Source: Syntrophales bacterium (GTDB taxonomy: Bacteria; Desulfobacterota; Syntrophia; Syntrophales; UBA4778). Taken from it: 64,000 bases of DNA. Position 1 is the first letter of the stretch. Each line of letters opens with the position of its first letter. The DNA lies in NCBI GenBank assembly GCA_963665615.2, contig CAXXQE010000008.1, forward strand, positions 62,001-126,000, in the 5' to 3' direction. Below the pieces are notes generated by a model. That model saw only the letters and a list, made by a program, of their open reading frames with translations, had not been told where the DNA came from and did not search any database. A program made the position numbers and the translations under genes. Positions 10,403-20,699 of this stretch are shown here, one piece after another.

Positions 10403-11971
10403 TTAAAAGCTGCCCGCTCCCTTAATCGACGTGACTCGGATAGCCGACCTTCCTTCAACAGGACAATTTTTCTCGCAGATGCCGCATCCAATACAACTAT
10501 TAGCGTCCACATGAGGTCGTATTACCTGATTTCCTTTACCATTGCGGCCTCCCGTATCGCTTTGATTTAACAAAATAGCTTTTGGCGATAGGGGGCAAAC
10601 CTCCTCGCAGACAATGCACGACGCCCCTTCGGCATAGGGAAGACACCTATTTTTATCAATAAAGGCGAGACCGATTTTTTGATTCAGTTTTTCCTTCGGA
10701 CTGAGTTTACGAATAGCGCCCGTGGGACACACTTGGCCGCACAGAGTACAGTGGTATTCGCAATATCCCAACCTTGGGACCAATATGGGCGTCCAGATCC
10801 CTTCCATCCCCGCTTCCAGAAAGGTTGGCTGCAGGCCATTGGTGATGCAGACCTTCATGCATTCGCCACATTTAACGCACTGTTTTAAAAAATCCTTTTC
10901 CGGGACAGCACCCGGAGGCCGGATAAGTGCGGGGTTTGCAAAACCCTTTCCGGACAATAGCGTGACTCGGAACAGGGGAACAACGGCCAGCGCGCCAAGA
11001 ATGGAGAGGATGACGTTTCTCTTTCCAAGGTCTTCTTGCAGAGGGGCTTGATTGCGAGAAGGTTTCTTCAATCTGAAGCTCACGGCGTTTTGCGGACAGA
11101 TATCGTCGCAATTACCACAATACAGACATTCCGTTTTGAGCCAGTCCTCTTTCTTGTCCGGTCTAGAATCTCCCTCGCATGTGCCTGCGCACCGGCCGCA
11201 TTCATTACATCCCTCGGAAATCGACCGGCTCAGCAGGGCATGCCTCGATAGCAGCCCTAGAAGGGCGCCGAGCGGGCATAGATAGCGGCACCAGAATCTC
11301 CGATGCCAAAAGTTGAGACTAAGAATTCCCGCAAACAACAAGCCCACAAATAGCGCTTGGTCGAAATAGGGCTGTTGAAAAGAGAGAACGGATTTCTTCA
11401 GGGCCGTATAGATGGGCTCTGAAATGCCGGTTATCCCTGGTATATCGGAGCGATAGAGGACATCAAAGAAAGACCGGGTGAGAAAGTTGAAGGCCGGGAA
11501 AATACTAAGGGTAAGAGACCGGGCGGTTAAAGATAAAGGATCTAAGAGCCCCGTCAGCTGTAAATTGAATGCGGATGCGGCAATCAGGAATATCAGAATG
11601 AAATATTTTGCATAGCGCCAAGGTGGTTTAATTGCTCTCACCTCATTCTTTTTCTTTAGGGTTCCGATGATATTGTTCAACGTTCCCAATGGGCATATCC
11701 AGCCACAAAAGGCTCTTCCAGCAAAAACAGTGATCAGCACCAGGATAAAAGACAGGCACATTCCCGTCGAGACGGCATGAGTGGCAAGAAAGGTCGAGAT
11801 AAACAAGAGGGGATCGAATTCAAGAAACAAACGAACAGGATAACGCAGAAGGTCATCCCCTTTTGATTCCGTCAGGAGAAACAAAATCAGAAAGGTGAGC
11901 AAAAAGAGGCCCTGCGATATTATTCTGATATTTCGTAATGTCAGGAATCTCATCTCAGTGCATGAAGACAA
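10403..11971 (-). CDS. Membrane polyferredoxin (NapH/MauN plus NapG/MauM-like fusion)
   Basis: GRAFCGWICPLG, RFWCRYLCPLG, IRPPGA and multiple CxxCxxCxxxCP motifs. Confidence 0.9.
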   Translation of the reverse strand: MSSCTEMRFLTLRNIRIISQGLFLLTFLILFLLTESKGDDLLRYPVRLFLEFDPLLFISTFLATHAVSTGMCLSFILVLITVFAGRAFCGWICPLGTLNNIIGTLKKKNEVRAIKPPWRYAKYFILIFLIAASAFNLQLTGLLDPLSLTARSLTLSIFPAFNFLTRSFFDVLYRSDIPGITGISEPIYTALKKSVLSFQQPYFDQALFVGLLFAGILSLNFWHRRFWCRYLCPLGALLGLLSRHALLSRSISEGCNECGRCAGTCEGDSRPDKKEDWLKTECLYCGNCDDICPQNAVSFRLKKPSRNQAPLQEDLGKRNVILSILGALAVVPLFRVTLLSGKGFANPALIRPPGAVPEKDFLKQCVKCGECMKVCITNGLQPTFLEAGMEGIWTPILVPRLGYCEYHCTLCGQVCPTGAIRKLSPKEKLNQKIGLAFIDKNRCLPYAEGASCIVCEEVCPLSPKAILLNQSDTGGRNGKGNQVIRPHVDANSCIGCGICEKNCPVEGRSAIRVTSIKGAGSF

Positions 11972-11976
11972 GTCTT

Positions 11977-12879
11977 TTATATGGCAATTTTATTGATCTT
12001 CATTTTTGCCAGATCCATTTTTCCGAGTCCAGCTTTGAAAGCTGCATGAATGTAACCGATACTACTTGCCTCTCGTCCGAATAGTGAGGCGCCATAAGCG
12101 TCAACTGCAACCTGATCAATTCCGGCAACGATCGTATCGAGTTTCTTGACATCTTGTAAATTGCCGCCCTGAGGACCATTGGCGGTCAGAATGCGGATAG
12201 CATCCAGGATAGTCAAAGTGGGTTTAACTTTCATGGAGATATCAACCAAGCCTTCTTCGAGGTTAGCATGCATCTTTCCTCGCGTCCCCCCCATAATGCC
12301 CATCCAGTTTTTCATGCCGAGCGTCAAACCAGCTCGCCCGTGATGTTTTGCAATTGGGACATTGATGACCTTATCGGCCTCGAACACATCCTGATAGAGC
12401 GGCCAGGATTGATAGGCATGCCCGCTCAGCGCCATGTCTTTAAAGCGTCGATCGTCCATAAAGAGCACATCGGCGCCAATTGATTGGGCGGCATCAGCGA
12501 TACCGCTTTGTTTATAGGAACGCCGTGGATCGACACATGGGCGGTCGAAAACCTTAACTTTTTTTGCCCCCGCCGCAAAGCAGAGTTTTACGATAGCAGC
12601 AACAACTTCGGGATTCGTGTTGGCAGCATACTCCGGTGTCCTGTCCCATCCAATATTCGGTTTAATGACAACGATATCTCCTCTTGAAATGAACCGGCTG
12701 ATCCCTCCCAAGGTCTGAATGGCCGCTTCAACAGCCCTGTTAGGAGATGAAGCCTGCACGACAGCAAGATCGGGTATGTCAGTAGCTTTAGCCCCAGGGA
12801 GAAGTAAATTTAAACCACCCGGCACACCCAGAACAATTCCCGCAGCAACAGAGGTCTTAAGAAACTGGCGTCTGTTCAT
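11977..12879 (-). CDS. Tat-exported DUF362 Fe-S protein
   Basis: MNRRQFLK twin-arginine signal, IKPNIGWDR..ANTNP, KHH...GMKN. Confidence 0.88.
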   Translation of the reverse strand: MNRRQFLKTSVAAGIVLGVPGGLNLLLPGAKATDIPDLAVVQASSPNRAVEAAIQTLGGISRFISRGDIVVIKPNIGWDRTPEYAANTNPEVVAAIVKLCFAAGAKKVKVFDRPCVDPRRSYKQSGIADAAQSIGADVLFMDDRRFKDMALSGHAYQSWPLYQDVFEADKVINVPIAKHHGRAGLTLGMKNWMGIMGGTRGKMHANLEEGLVDISMKVKPTLTILDAIRILTANGPQGGNLQDVKKLDTIVAGIDQVAVDAYGASLFGREASSIGYIHAAFKAGLGKMDLAKMKINKIAI

Positions 12880-13240
12880 GACCTTTTTCCTCCCTTGCGG
12901 ATGTACTTCGCATTGTTGAGGGCTACGTTATGCTAACCCTCATTGACGGCATTTATATATCATGCATATTACCTCAAAACCTATTATTCATTATTCTACA
13001 CTAATTTTTGGTAAGAGGGGGAAACTTGCTGCCACCCGAAAATTATGTCGCGCCTGCAGAGGCGTTTCGGGCCCCGCGGGGCCTTCTATTTCAAGACCAT
13101 AGGGGGTGGTTTTGAGAAGTCTGGGCCGTCCTGGAGAGATTATTGAAAACAAAGCAAAAAGGGTTTCCAGACAATCTCTTTCAGGCCCTCTATTTTTAGG
13201 GACCGCCGGAACATATCGTTTTGAGAACTTATCACCCTCC

Positions 13241-13282
13241 ATATTTTGGAGGCGTGAGAGGTTCCGAGTGGAAATTTGATTT
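13241..13282 (+). repeat. 42-bp direct repeat, copy 2
   Basis: ATATTTTGGAGGCGTGAGAGGTTCCGAGTGGAAATTTGATTT. Confidence 0.8.
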
Positions 13283-13468
13283 CATATACCCAGAAACGCC
13301 ATTTTTAAACGACCGCCCTGATAGGGAAGCATCCGGTTCTCTAGCTCAATGAGTAGGGGTTACCTGTTTGTTCTTGAAGTTATCAGCTGCCCCGGATAAT
13401 GGATCGTCCTTGAGAGAAATTTTGATTTGTTATATAAATTATCCAACTATTCGGAAAGGAGATTCATT

Positions 13469-13705
13469 ATGTGCTGCAATGACGGATATGGGCACGGGCA
13501 TGAGCATCATCATAGCCATCAGCACCATGGTCACCACGAGTGCTGCTGTGATGAAAGTTGCTGCGAAGACAACGGTTACGAGGGTAAATTTCACCGCCGA
13601 TACCAGACCAAAGCGGAGGTCATTTCCGAACTGGAAGAGTACCTCGCCGAGTTGAAGGCAGAGGCGCTGGCTGTTGAAGAAAAGCTGACAGAGTTGCGCA
13701 AATAG
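13469..13705 (+). CDS. Small His/Cys-rich protein with C-terminal coiled coil (DUF5320-like)
   Basis: AAAGGAG RBS; MCCNDGYGHGHEHHHSHQHHGHHECCCDESCC...ELEEYLAELKAE. Confidence 0.8.
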   Translation: MCCNDGYGHGHEHHHSHQHHGHHECCCDESCCEDNGYEGKFHRRYQTKAEVISELEEYLAELKAEALAVEEKLTELRK

Positions 13706-13969
13706 AAGATCAAATAGTTTGTCCTGAACGAAACTTGAGTTGACAGTGGCAGTCTTCCCCTCCCGCTGGGCCAGTTGTTTTTTGCCACTAATAAATCCGG
13801 ATTCTTTTCTCTAAAAAACTGTTCGCCATCAAGGAAGGTCTGCAAGGGAGTTCTACCCTGGCAGCGCTTTCCTTGATTGGTTCGCTCTTCCTAATGATTT
13901 AGACAAAATTATTTAGCGCGACTCGGCAAACCGGTCACCAAGCTATGCAACCTTCAATTGAAGCTCTCT

Positions 13970-14269
13970 CTACTTCGTCGGCTGTGCTGGAGCGGTTGCG
14001 GGCGGCGTTGACATTTCTTTCGCCGGACAAAGGGCTATCCAAGCTTGGCCTTGGCCCTGTATGATGCATGGCACACGGCCCGTGGACAGAACCTTAATCC
14101 CCCCGAACAGTGCCAATGCAGCGCACAACCATAGAAGCACTGCAACGATGCCAGCAAATGATCGCAGCCCCCTGTTTGTCGTTTTCTCTCGGGTGAATAG
14201 AACGAAGAAACTGATAGTCAAGGTCATGGTGATCGGAAACAGCGCAAATAAACCCATTAATCGAAACAT
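13970..14269 (-). CDS. Small hypothetical membrane protein (2 TM)
   Basis: AAGGAGG RBS, two hydrophobic segments. Confidence 0.65.
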   Translation of the reverse strand: MFRLMGLFALFPITMTLTISFFVLFTREKTTNRGLRSFAGIVAVLLWLCAALALFGGIKVLSTGRVPCIIQGQGQAWIALCPAKEMSTPPATAPAQPTK

Positions 14270-14300
14270 GGTTTCCCTCCTTCCGAGTTATTGTGCTCCG

Positions 14301-14473
14301 TTATTGTGAAAGGCCTTGCTTCCTCCCCTTCCTCTCATACTTCTTCAGGAGCTCCTCGATCGCCTCTTCCAGCTAATTATTTTGACGTTTGTCCATCTGG
14401 ACCGAAAGAATCTTCAACTCGTTGATTAAATCCATTCTGATGGTCGTATTTATGTTTTTCCTTAAGATTTCAT
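14301..14473 (-). pseudogene. Ribbon-helix-helix DNA-binding protein pseudogene
   Basis: RKNINTTIRMDLINELKILSVQMDKRQNN*LEEAIEELLKKY with an internal TAG and a disrupted start. Confidence 0.6.
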
Positions 14474-14932
14474 AGGCTTGTTCTTACGACCTTTTTATGT
14501 AGATATCAATAAAAAATAATTTACCATATACTGCTTGCATAGCTACATAGATTTCAAAACTCTCTCAAGGAACAGATCCTTGCCACAGTGGATAACAAAA
14601 AAAGAATCCCTGAAGACTCCCCCTGACCTGTCCCAAGACTTGCAGCGTATTTAAACTGGTGTTCTGTTTTTTGACCTACTCCCCAGAGCGGACAGCTGTA
14701 AGAACTACGCATTTAAATTATTATTCTAATATAAACATGTAGTTATGGTAAGATCAATATCGATATTCCCCACCGGGGACATGGCTTCTTTTTGGGGAAA
14801 TAAAATTGCAAAAACCTAACCCCGAACGTGGCACATGTTGAGGGGGCACGTCATCCCAGACCAGCACTCTATATGCGGGATCCCGCATACCTTGAAGTTA
14901 TGTGGTGATTTTGGTGAGTGCCCAATGCGGCG

Positions 14933-15136
14933 CTATGCTTTCTGTTGATGCGAAAGCAGGTAATTAGAGCCACAGTTATAACAAGATTCATCCTTGTCGG
15001 ACTTTATCTCTGCTTCGCATTCCGGGCACTTCATTATAAATTTAGTTCCACAGGTTACGCAAAAGTCACCCTTACAGTCCGCAACGAGCGGCCGGCTTTT
15101 GCAATTCGGACATATAAAGTAATTGGGGGCAATCAT
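14933..15136 (-). CDS. Double zinc-ribbon small protein, copy 1
   Basis: AAGGA RBS; CPNC, CVTC, CPEC and CYNC motifs in 67 aa. Confidence 0.75.
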   Translation of the reverse strand: MIAPNYFICPNCKSRPLVADCKGDFCVTCGTKFIMKCPECEAEIKSDKDESCYNCGSNYLLSHQQKA

Positions 15137-15345
15137 GATTCATCCTTTCGTAAAGCAAAAATAAGGGCGGATCGTAAATTCGAAAATTTATCAGTCCCCC
15201 TGCTTGATCCGATTCGAAAGTTTATTTTATTTAAGCACCTTGTATTTAAAAATTTCAATATATTTCTAACCCGGGCAGACGGCCACAATGCCTCATCAAC
15301 TCCCCCCGAAATTTAACTCACAAAAGACATCAAGACTATTTCAAC

Positions 15346-15472
15346 TGGCGGTTGATCGACCACAATGAAACTCGGCCGCATGATTCACTCGACGACATGA
15401 CGCTGGCCGAAGTGATGGAACAATATACCGGTAACTCTATTTAAAGCTGTCTACTTGACAAGGAAGCTTGCG
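15346..15472 (+). mobile_element. IS3-family transposase 3' remnant with degenerate right end
   Basis: WRLIDHNETRPHDSL resembles the YN..RPHSSL motif; ends CTACTTGACAAGGAAGCTTGCG. Confidence 0.7.
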
Positions 15473-15652
15473 GTGCACTTTGAAATGGAATTCGCCGCTC
15501 GCGCTTAGAAAATAGCTGTAGAATTTATCCGAAGATGCTGCTAGATCTAGCATCCCCAAAAGGTTCTCCTTTCAGAGTCTATTTCTTTTTGAAAAGAATT
15601 ATTACCTGATTGCAGGCACCCTTTTAAATTCATAGATTCATTTTGGACGGAT

Positions 15653-16552
15653 ATGATGAAAAAAGACGCATTATTGCGAAGATGGATAATAGCATTGATT
15701 CTTTTGATCTTGGTTGTTCCCGTGATGAGTTTTGCAGCCGGCTCCGAAACTGATCCAAGAGACGCTTTCCCCGCACCCGGGGGGACTCAAGCTTTTCTCT
15801 TGTATTACAGGAATACCACCGGAGATAAACTGAAAGCTAACGGAAATAATGCGTCCAATATTGACTTCGATTCCAGCATGGCAATAGCAAGGTATGTCCG
15901 TTATTGGGCCTTTGACAAAATAACGATTGCGGGAAATATTATTCAACCCTTCGGGTATCAAGACCTCGAAATTCCAGGCGGTGGGGGCAGTATCCATGGG
16001 TCCAGCAGCGGTCTCGGTGATACCACCTTGGGTTTAACAATGTATTATCATTGGCTGCCGAATCAGATCTTGTCAATTGTCTCTGCGTATGGAATAGCTC
16101 CGACTGGTGCATATAATCACAATAACCTCGTGAATCTTGGGTCAAATCGATGGAACTTCCGTATTAATGCCACCCCTTTTGCTTGGAAAAAAGATAAATT
16201 TACGTTGGAGCTAATTGGCTCTGTTGATCTCTATACGGCTAATTCTGATTACACTGCGTCCTCTGTAACACTGAAACAGGACCCCATTTACACTGTCCAA
16301 GGTCATGTGACTTACGATATAACAAAGACATTCTGGATAGGAGCCTCTTATTTTTGCCACTCTGGAGGTGAAACCGAGGTCAATCACGTAAAGCAACATA
16401 ACGATACAACTGAACACAAAGTTATGGGCACTGCGGGAATTCTTACCACGCCACATACACAAATGCTGCTTCAGTATGCTACCGACGTCGATCTGGATAA
16501 CGGCATCCCCATTCATGAGATTCGTGTACGATTTGCATTCTTCTGGAAATAA
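15653..16552 (+). CDS. Outer-membrane channel, SphA/MetA-pathway-of-phenol-degradation family
   Basis: Signal peptide, SGLGD, APTGAY...NLGSNRW, amphipathic beta strands, aromatic C-terminus. Confidence 0.82.
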   Translation: MMKKDALLRRWIIALILLILVVPVMSFAAGSETDPRDAFPAPGGTQAFLLYYRNTTGDKLKANGNNASNIDFDSSMAIARYVRYWAFDKITIAGNIIQPFGYQDLEIPGGGGSIHGSSSGLGDTTLGLTMYYHWLPNQILSIVSAYGIAPTGAYNHNNLVNLGSNRWNFRINATPFAWKKDKFTLELIGSVDLYTANSDYTASSVTLKQDPIYTVQGHVTYDITKTFWIGASYFCHSGGETEVNHVKQHNDTTEHKVMGTAGILTTPHTQMLLQYATDVDLDNGIPIHEIRVRFAFFWK

Positions 16553-17036
16553 TAAGATTATGAAAACAAGATCCATCTGAACAGACACCAGAAGCTGAAA
16601 AGCCCTGGCGCATTTTCGGAATAGATTCTTGGCAAGGACAGCCTCGCAGAAGCTCTTTGGAGAGATTTCTCTTGTAGAGAGCATCACCAGACTTACACTT
16701 TTTTGTATGTGCGTGGAGACAAAATCAAAAATTAAAGAAAAAGGGGTTAAGCCTCATCGGGCCAACCCCTCTATTTTATGGCTCCTCAGCACGTACAACT
16801 GTTAGAACTATTCATTTCAAATACTATTCGAATATCAAAAAGTAGTAATAGCAAGATCAATATCGATGTTCCCCACCGGGGGATATGGCTTCTTTTGGGG
16901 GAAATAAAGTTGCAAAAACCTAACCCCGAACGTGGCACATGTTGAGGGGGCACGTCATCCCAGACCAGCACTCTATATGCGGGATCCCGCATACCTTGAA
17001 GTTATGTGGTGATTTTGGTGAGTGCCCAATGCGGCG

Positions 17037-17240
17037 CTATGCTTTCTGTTGATGCGAAAGCAGGTAATTAGAGCCACAGTTATAACAAGATTCATCCTTG
17101 TCGGACTTTATCTCTGCTTCGCATTCCGGGCACTTCATTATAAATTTAGTTCCACAGGTTACGCAAAAGTCACCCTTACAGTCCGCAACGAGCGGCCGGC
17201 TTTTGCAATTCGGACATATAAAGTAATTGGGGGCAATCAT
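17037..17240 (-). CDS. Double zinc-ribbon small protein, copy 2
   Basis: Identical to 14933-15136. Confidence 0.75.
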   Translation of the reverse strand: MIAPNYFICPNCKSRPLVADCKGDFCVTCGTKFIMKCPECEAEIKSDKDESCYNCGSNYLLSHQQKA

Positions 17241-17449
17241 GATTCATCCTTTCGTAAAGCAAAAATAAGGGCGGATCGTAAATTCGAAAATTTATCAGTC
17301 CCCCTGCTTGATCCGATTCGAAAGTTTATTTTATTTAAGCACCTTGTATTTAAAAATTTCAATATATTTCTAACCCGGGCAGACGGCCACAATGCCTCAT
17401 CAACTCCCCCCGAAATTTAACTCACAAAAGACATCAAGACTATTTCAAC

Positions 17450-17578
17450 TGGTGGTTGATCGACCACAATGAAAACCGACAGCATGACTCGCTCGACGAC
17501 ATGACGCTGGCCGAAGTGATGGAACAATATACCGGTAACTCTATTTCCAAACTGTCTACTTGACAGGGGAAGCTTACA
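17450..17578 (+). mobile_element. IS3-family (IS407-like) transposase 3' remnant and right inverted repeat
   Basis: WWLIDHNENRQHDSLDDMT...KLST* then TGACAGGGGAAGCTTACA ending in CA. Confidence 0.75.
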
Positions 17579-17751
17579 GTACTTATGAAGGCCTGTTTCC
17601 TTCAAAATAAACCGAATCATCTCCGATGAAATTAGACCCTGTCCAATCATTTCAGACTTTTTTACAGCCCCATCAGACAGATGCCCTAAGACGTTTTTGG
17701 CATTGTGTTCATAACCAGTTTAAATTTATTAACTAAATATTTTGACGATGT

Positions 17752-17768
17752 TTGGTGCGGTCTTTGCT
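17752..17768 (+). promoter_or_regulatory. Putative sigma54 promoter of cheW-mcp
   Basis: TTGGTGCGGTCTTTGCT (GG-N10-GC). Confidence 0.55.
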
Positions 17769-17985
17769 TTATGAGCGAGCAAGCGAAAAGGTGGCGAGCT
17801 GCGCAATAATGTACAAAAAATGTCATTGAAAAGTGCACCATGTGGAGAGGTAACTATCTGATTTCGACACAGCGAGTTTAGACGTTAGGTGCGTGAAGAG
17901 AGGCAGAGCATATCGCAGCGGTTAAGACAGTCCATGAATTAAATGTACTTACAAGACCATTGATTTCGAAGGAAAGGGGAGGGGT

Positions 17986-18507
17986 ATGCAGGAAGAACTC
18001 AGGATAATTGATCAAATGGACCATGTGGTAAAGGCGATGGAGAACCGAGAGGGCAAGTACCTGACATTTTCGTTAGCAGGAGAGGAGTACGGCATAGAGA
18101 TCTCGAAGGTGAAGGAGATCATAGGGATAATGCCAATAACGGCGGTACCCCAGACGCCGCACTATGTGAAGGGCGTGATTAACCTACGGGGGAAGGTGAT
18201 TAATGTTGTAGACTTGCGCAGTAAGTTCGACATGGTATCGATCGAGCATACCGAACGATCTTGCATTATCGTAGTGGATATCGCGGACATCGGTGGGAGC
18301 AACTTCTTGACAGGAGTCATCGTAGATTCGGTTTCGGAGGTTCTGAATGTCAAGGCAGGGGATATCGAGGAGACGCCTAACTTAGGGAGTTCGCAGGACA
18401 AGAATTATATTGGGGGGCTTGCGAAGACGGGCGATCGAATCACGATCCTGCTTGAGATCGACAGGGTACTTTTAGAGGATCAGATTGTAGATAAGCTTCG
18501 TAATTAA
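17986..18507 (+). CDS. cheW: Chemotaxis coupling protein
   Basis: KYLTFSL..EEYGI, VKGVINLRGKVI, GVIVDSVSEV. Confidence 0.95.
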   Translation: MQEELRIIDQMDHVVKAMENREGKYLTFSLAGEEYGIEISKVKEIIGIMPITAVPQTPHYVKGVINLRGKVINVVDLRSKFDMVSIEHTERSCIIVVDIADIGGSNFLTGVIVDSVSEVLNVKAGDIEETPNLGSSQDKNYIGGLAKTGDRITILLEIDRVLLEDQIVDKLRN

Positions 18508-18534
18508 AAATGTATCAAATAAAGGAGAACTACG

Positions 18535-20160
18535 ATGAAAACCGCACGGCTTAGTACGAAACTGATAGCAGGGTTTATCCTGATCGCGTTAATTGGCTGT
18601 ACGATTGGTATCTTTGGAATATTCAATATCAAGAAAATTGACAACCTTGATACTGAACTCTACGAAGCGAACACGCAACCGCTAAGTGTCCTTTTAGAAA
18701 TCTCCACCTTATATCAACGATCTCGTGTCAACCTTCGGGAAGTTGTTATCAGCGGCTTTGAGCATAAAGATTCGGGAGAGTATGTCAGGAAAATAGCCGA
18801 TCTTGATAGCAAGATGGACGGATATTTAAAAGAGTTCGAAAAATCAATCAAATCGGATGAGGTCAGGCAAATTCATGCTGCACTGCTCAATGGCGTTCAC
18901 CAGTACGAACCGGTTTCGCAAAAAGTGATTACACTTGTGCAAGCAGGTAAACCGGATGAGGCGATGGCCATGGTTCACGGTGAAGGGCAGGCCATTGCAC
19001 AGGCTATCGATCAGAATATTCAAAAATTGGCAGACCTTAAGTCAACCCAGGCGAAGACAAAGTCCGATAATAATACCGCAACTGCTAACGCATCGACAAC
19101 GATTACCACTATTCTGCTGGTAGTCGGTCTGATTATCTCTGGCTTCTTAGGGTTTTTTATTACCAGGTCGATTACGGGTCCCATTAATCTGGTCGCTGCG
19201 GGGCTGACAGACGGAGCCGCACAGGTATCGGCAGCGGCGCAGCAGGTGTCGTCATCGAGCCAGCAGATGGCCGAGGGAACGTCGGAACAGGCAGCGTCAC
19301 TTGAGGAAGCGTCATCGTCATTGGATGAGATGTCGTCCATGACGCGGCAGAACGCCGACCATGCGGCTCACGCGAAGTCAATGATGGCGGAGATGAACCA
19401 GGTATTAGAGAAAGTAAATCGTCAGATGACTGAGATGGCCGCCGCAATGATCGAGATTACAAGCGCAAGCGAGGAGACAGGGAAGATCATTAAAACCATC
19501 GACGAGATTGCCTTCCAGACGAATCTATTGGCCTTGAACGCTGCAGTTGAGGCAGCCAGGGCCGGAGAAGCGGGTGCCGGTTTTGCTGTGGTTGCCGATG
19601 AAGTCAGGAACTTGGCGATGCGGGCGTCGGAAGCTGCAAAGAACACAAACAGCTTGATTGAGAACACGATCAAGTCAGTGCATAACGGAAGGCAGTTGAC
19701 AGAAATGACGCAGAATGCCTTCAAGGAAAACGTGGAAAAATCGCAGAAGGTCACCCAGTTGATTGACGAGATTGCCCAAGCCTCAGGGGAGCAATCGCAA
19801 GGGATATCGCAAGTGAACATAGCGGTAGGGGAGATAGGCAAGGTAACGCAGATGACAGCGGCAAATGGAGAGGAATCTGCTGCCGCTTCGGAGGAGCTGA
19901 GCGCCCAGGCAGAGCAGATGAAGGTTTATGTAAGTGATCTAGTGGCTATCATTAACGGCAGCGGCAATGGCACACCGATTGATATGGCTGCGGTTCCTGG
20001 AGTAGGGATTCGCCACCTGACAAAGGCGCCCGTTAAGGCTTTGGCGGCTGCAACTAGAAGGCATGACTCGCTGGCTGGTGGCAAGCGTAAGGCTTTAGCC
20101 GGCAAGGTGGTTTCTCCCGAGGAAATACTCCCCATGGATAGAGCGAATGAAGAATGGTGA
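18535..20160 (+). CDS. Methyl-accepting chemotaxis protein with four-helix-bundle sensor
   Basis: Two TMs; [37 protein letters not shown] hairpin tip. Confidence 0.95.
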   Translation: MKTARLSTKLIAGFILIALIGCTIGIFGIFNIKKIDNLDTELYEANTQPLSVLLEISTLYQRSRVNLREVVISGFEHKDSGEYVRKIADLDSKMDGYLKEFEKSIKSDEVRQIHAALLNGVHQYEPVSQKVITLVQAGKPDEAMAMVHGEGQAIAQAIDQNIQKLADLKSTQAKTKSDNNTATANASTTITTILLVVGLIISGFLGFFITRSITGPINLVAAGLTDGAAQVSAAAQQVSSSSQQMAEGTSEQAASLEEASSSLDEMSSMTRQNADHAAHAKSMMAEMNQVLEKVNRQMTEMAAAMIEITSASEETGKIIKTIDEIAFQTNLLALNAAVEAARAGEAGAGFAVVADEVRNLAMRASEAAKNTNSLIENTIKSVHNGRQLTEMTQNAFKENVEKSQKVTQLIDEIAQASGEQSQGISQVNIAVGEIGKVTQMTAANGEESAAASEELSAQAEQMKVYVSDLVAIINGSGNGTPIDMAAVPGVGIRHLTKAPVKALAAATRRHDSLAGGKRKALAGKVVSPEEILPMDRANEEW

Positions 20161-20239
20161 TAAGCTTGCCAGTTGGGAGCATATCCGGAAATGTGGTAGT
20201 ATGACACGGTTAAGTGTCCTGAGCGAAATTTGAAAAGAA

Positions 20240-20278
20240 AAAGGGCTTACAGATATTCTCTGTAAGCCCTTTATTTTA
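20240..20278 (+). terminator. Bidirectional intrinsic terminator after the MCP gene
   Basis: AAGGGCTTACAGA-TATTC-TCTGTAAGCCCTT with A and T flanks. Confidence 0.8.
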
Positions 20279-20540
20279 TACGGACAGCGCAAGTTTGAAG
20301 TAAACCGCCGGGCTTTGTTACGCATGGTTTAATTCAGGCGACGACTATAGACTACCATCCGCTATACGCTCCCAAAAGGCATTCGACGGAATTGTCGAAA
20401 ACCGACAGAGATCGAATAAACTTATATCTATTTGATATTATAAACCTTTATTAAAACATTCCCCTTCAAATCAAATCGACATTTTTTCCGCCGCCTTGGC
20501 CTATTTTACGTCATCCATCTGAATTCATTAGGTTATTTAA

Positions 20541-20557
20541 TTGGCACACCTGTTGCA
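20541..20557 (+). promoter_or_regulatory. Consensus sigma54 promoter
   Basis: TTGGCACACCTGTTGCA. Confidence 0.75.
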
Positions 20558-20568
20558 TTTAATAAAGT

Positions 20569-20666
20569 CAATCGAGATGGAAAGTAAGACACGTATCGCA
20601 TTCCTCCGAACTTAGCTCTTCATTTTCACCCCGGGGAGGCCAGATGGCCTCCCCCTTCCCTTTTTT
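20569..20666 (+). ncRNA. Candidate sigma54-dependent sRNA (about 100 nt)
   Basis: Lies between the sigma54 site and the GGGGAGGCC/GGCCTCCCC...T6 terminator; no RBS-led ORF. Confidence 0.4.
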
Positions 20667-20699
20667 ATAGGCTTTTTCGCCAGAATAATTCTCAACACA

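Larger units (their letters stand above)
14677..15472 (+). repeat. ~800-bp direct repeat, copy 1 (partner 16779-17578)
   Basis: Core of about 14806-15347 appears identical to 16910-17451 (offset 2104); ends diverged. Confidence 0.92.
16779..17578 (+). repeat. ~800-bp direct repeat, copy 2
   Basis: Identical ORF translations in both copies in the ORF track. Confidence 0.92.

Noticed and set aside
14918..15316. 132-aa plus-strand ORF in both repeat copies
   Set aside because: Overlaps the zinc-ribbon ORF, which has the RBS and CxxC pattern; identity is explained by the duplication
20279..20310. Weak resemblance to a tRNA-Ser 3' end after the MCP terminator
   Set aside because: Too degenerate to distinguish from chance
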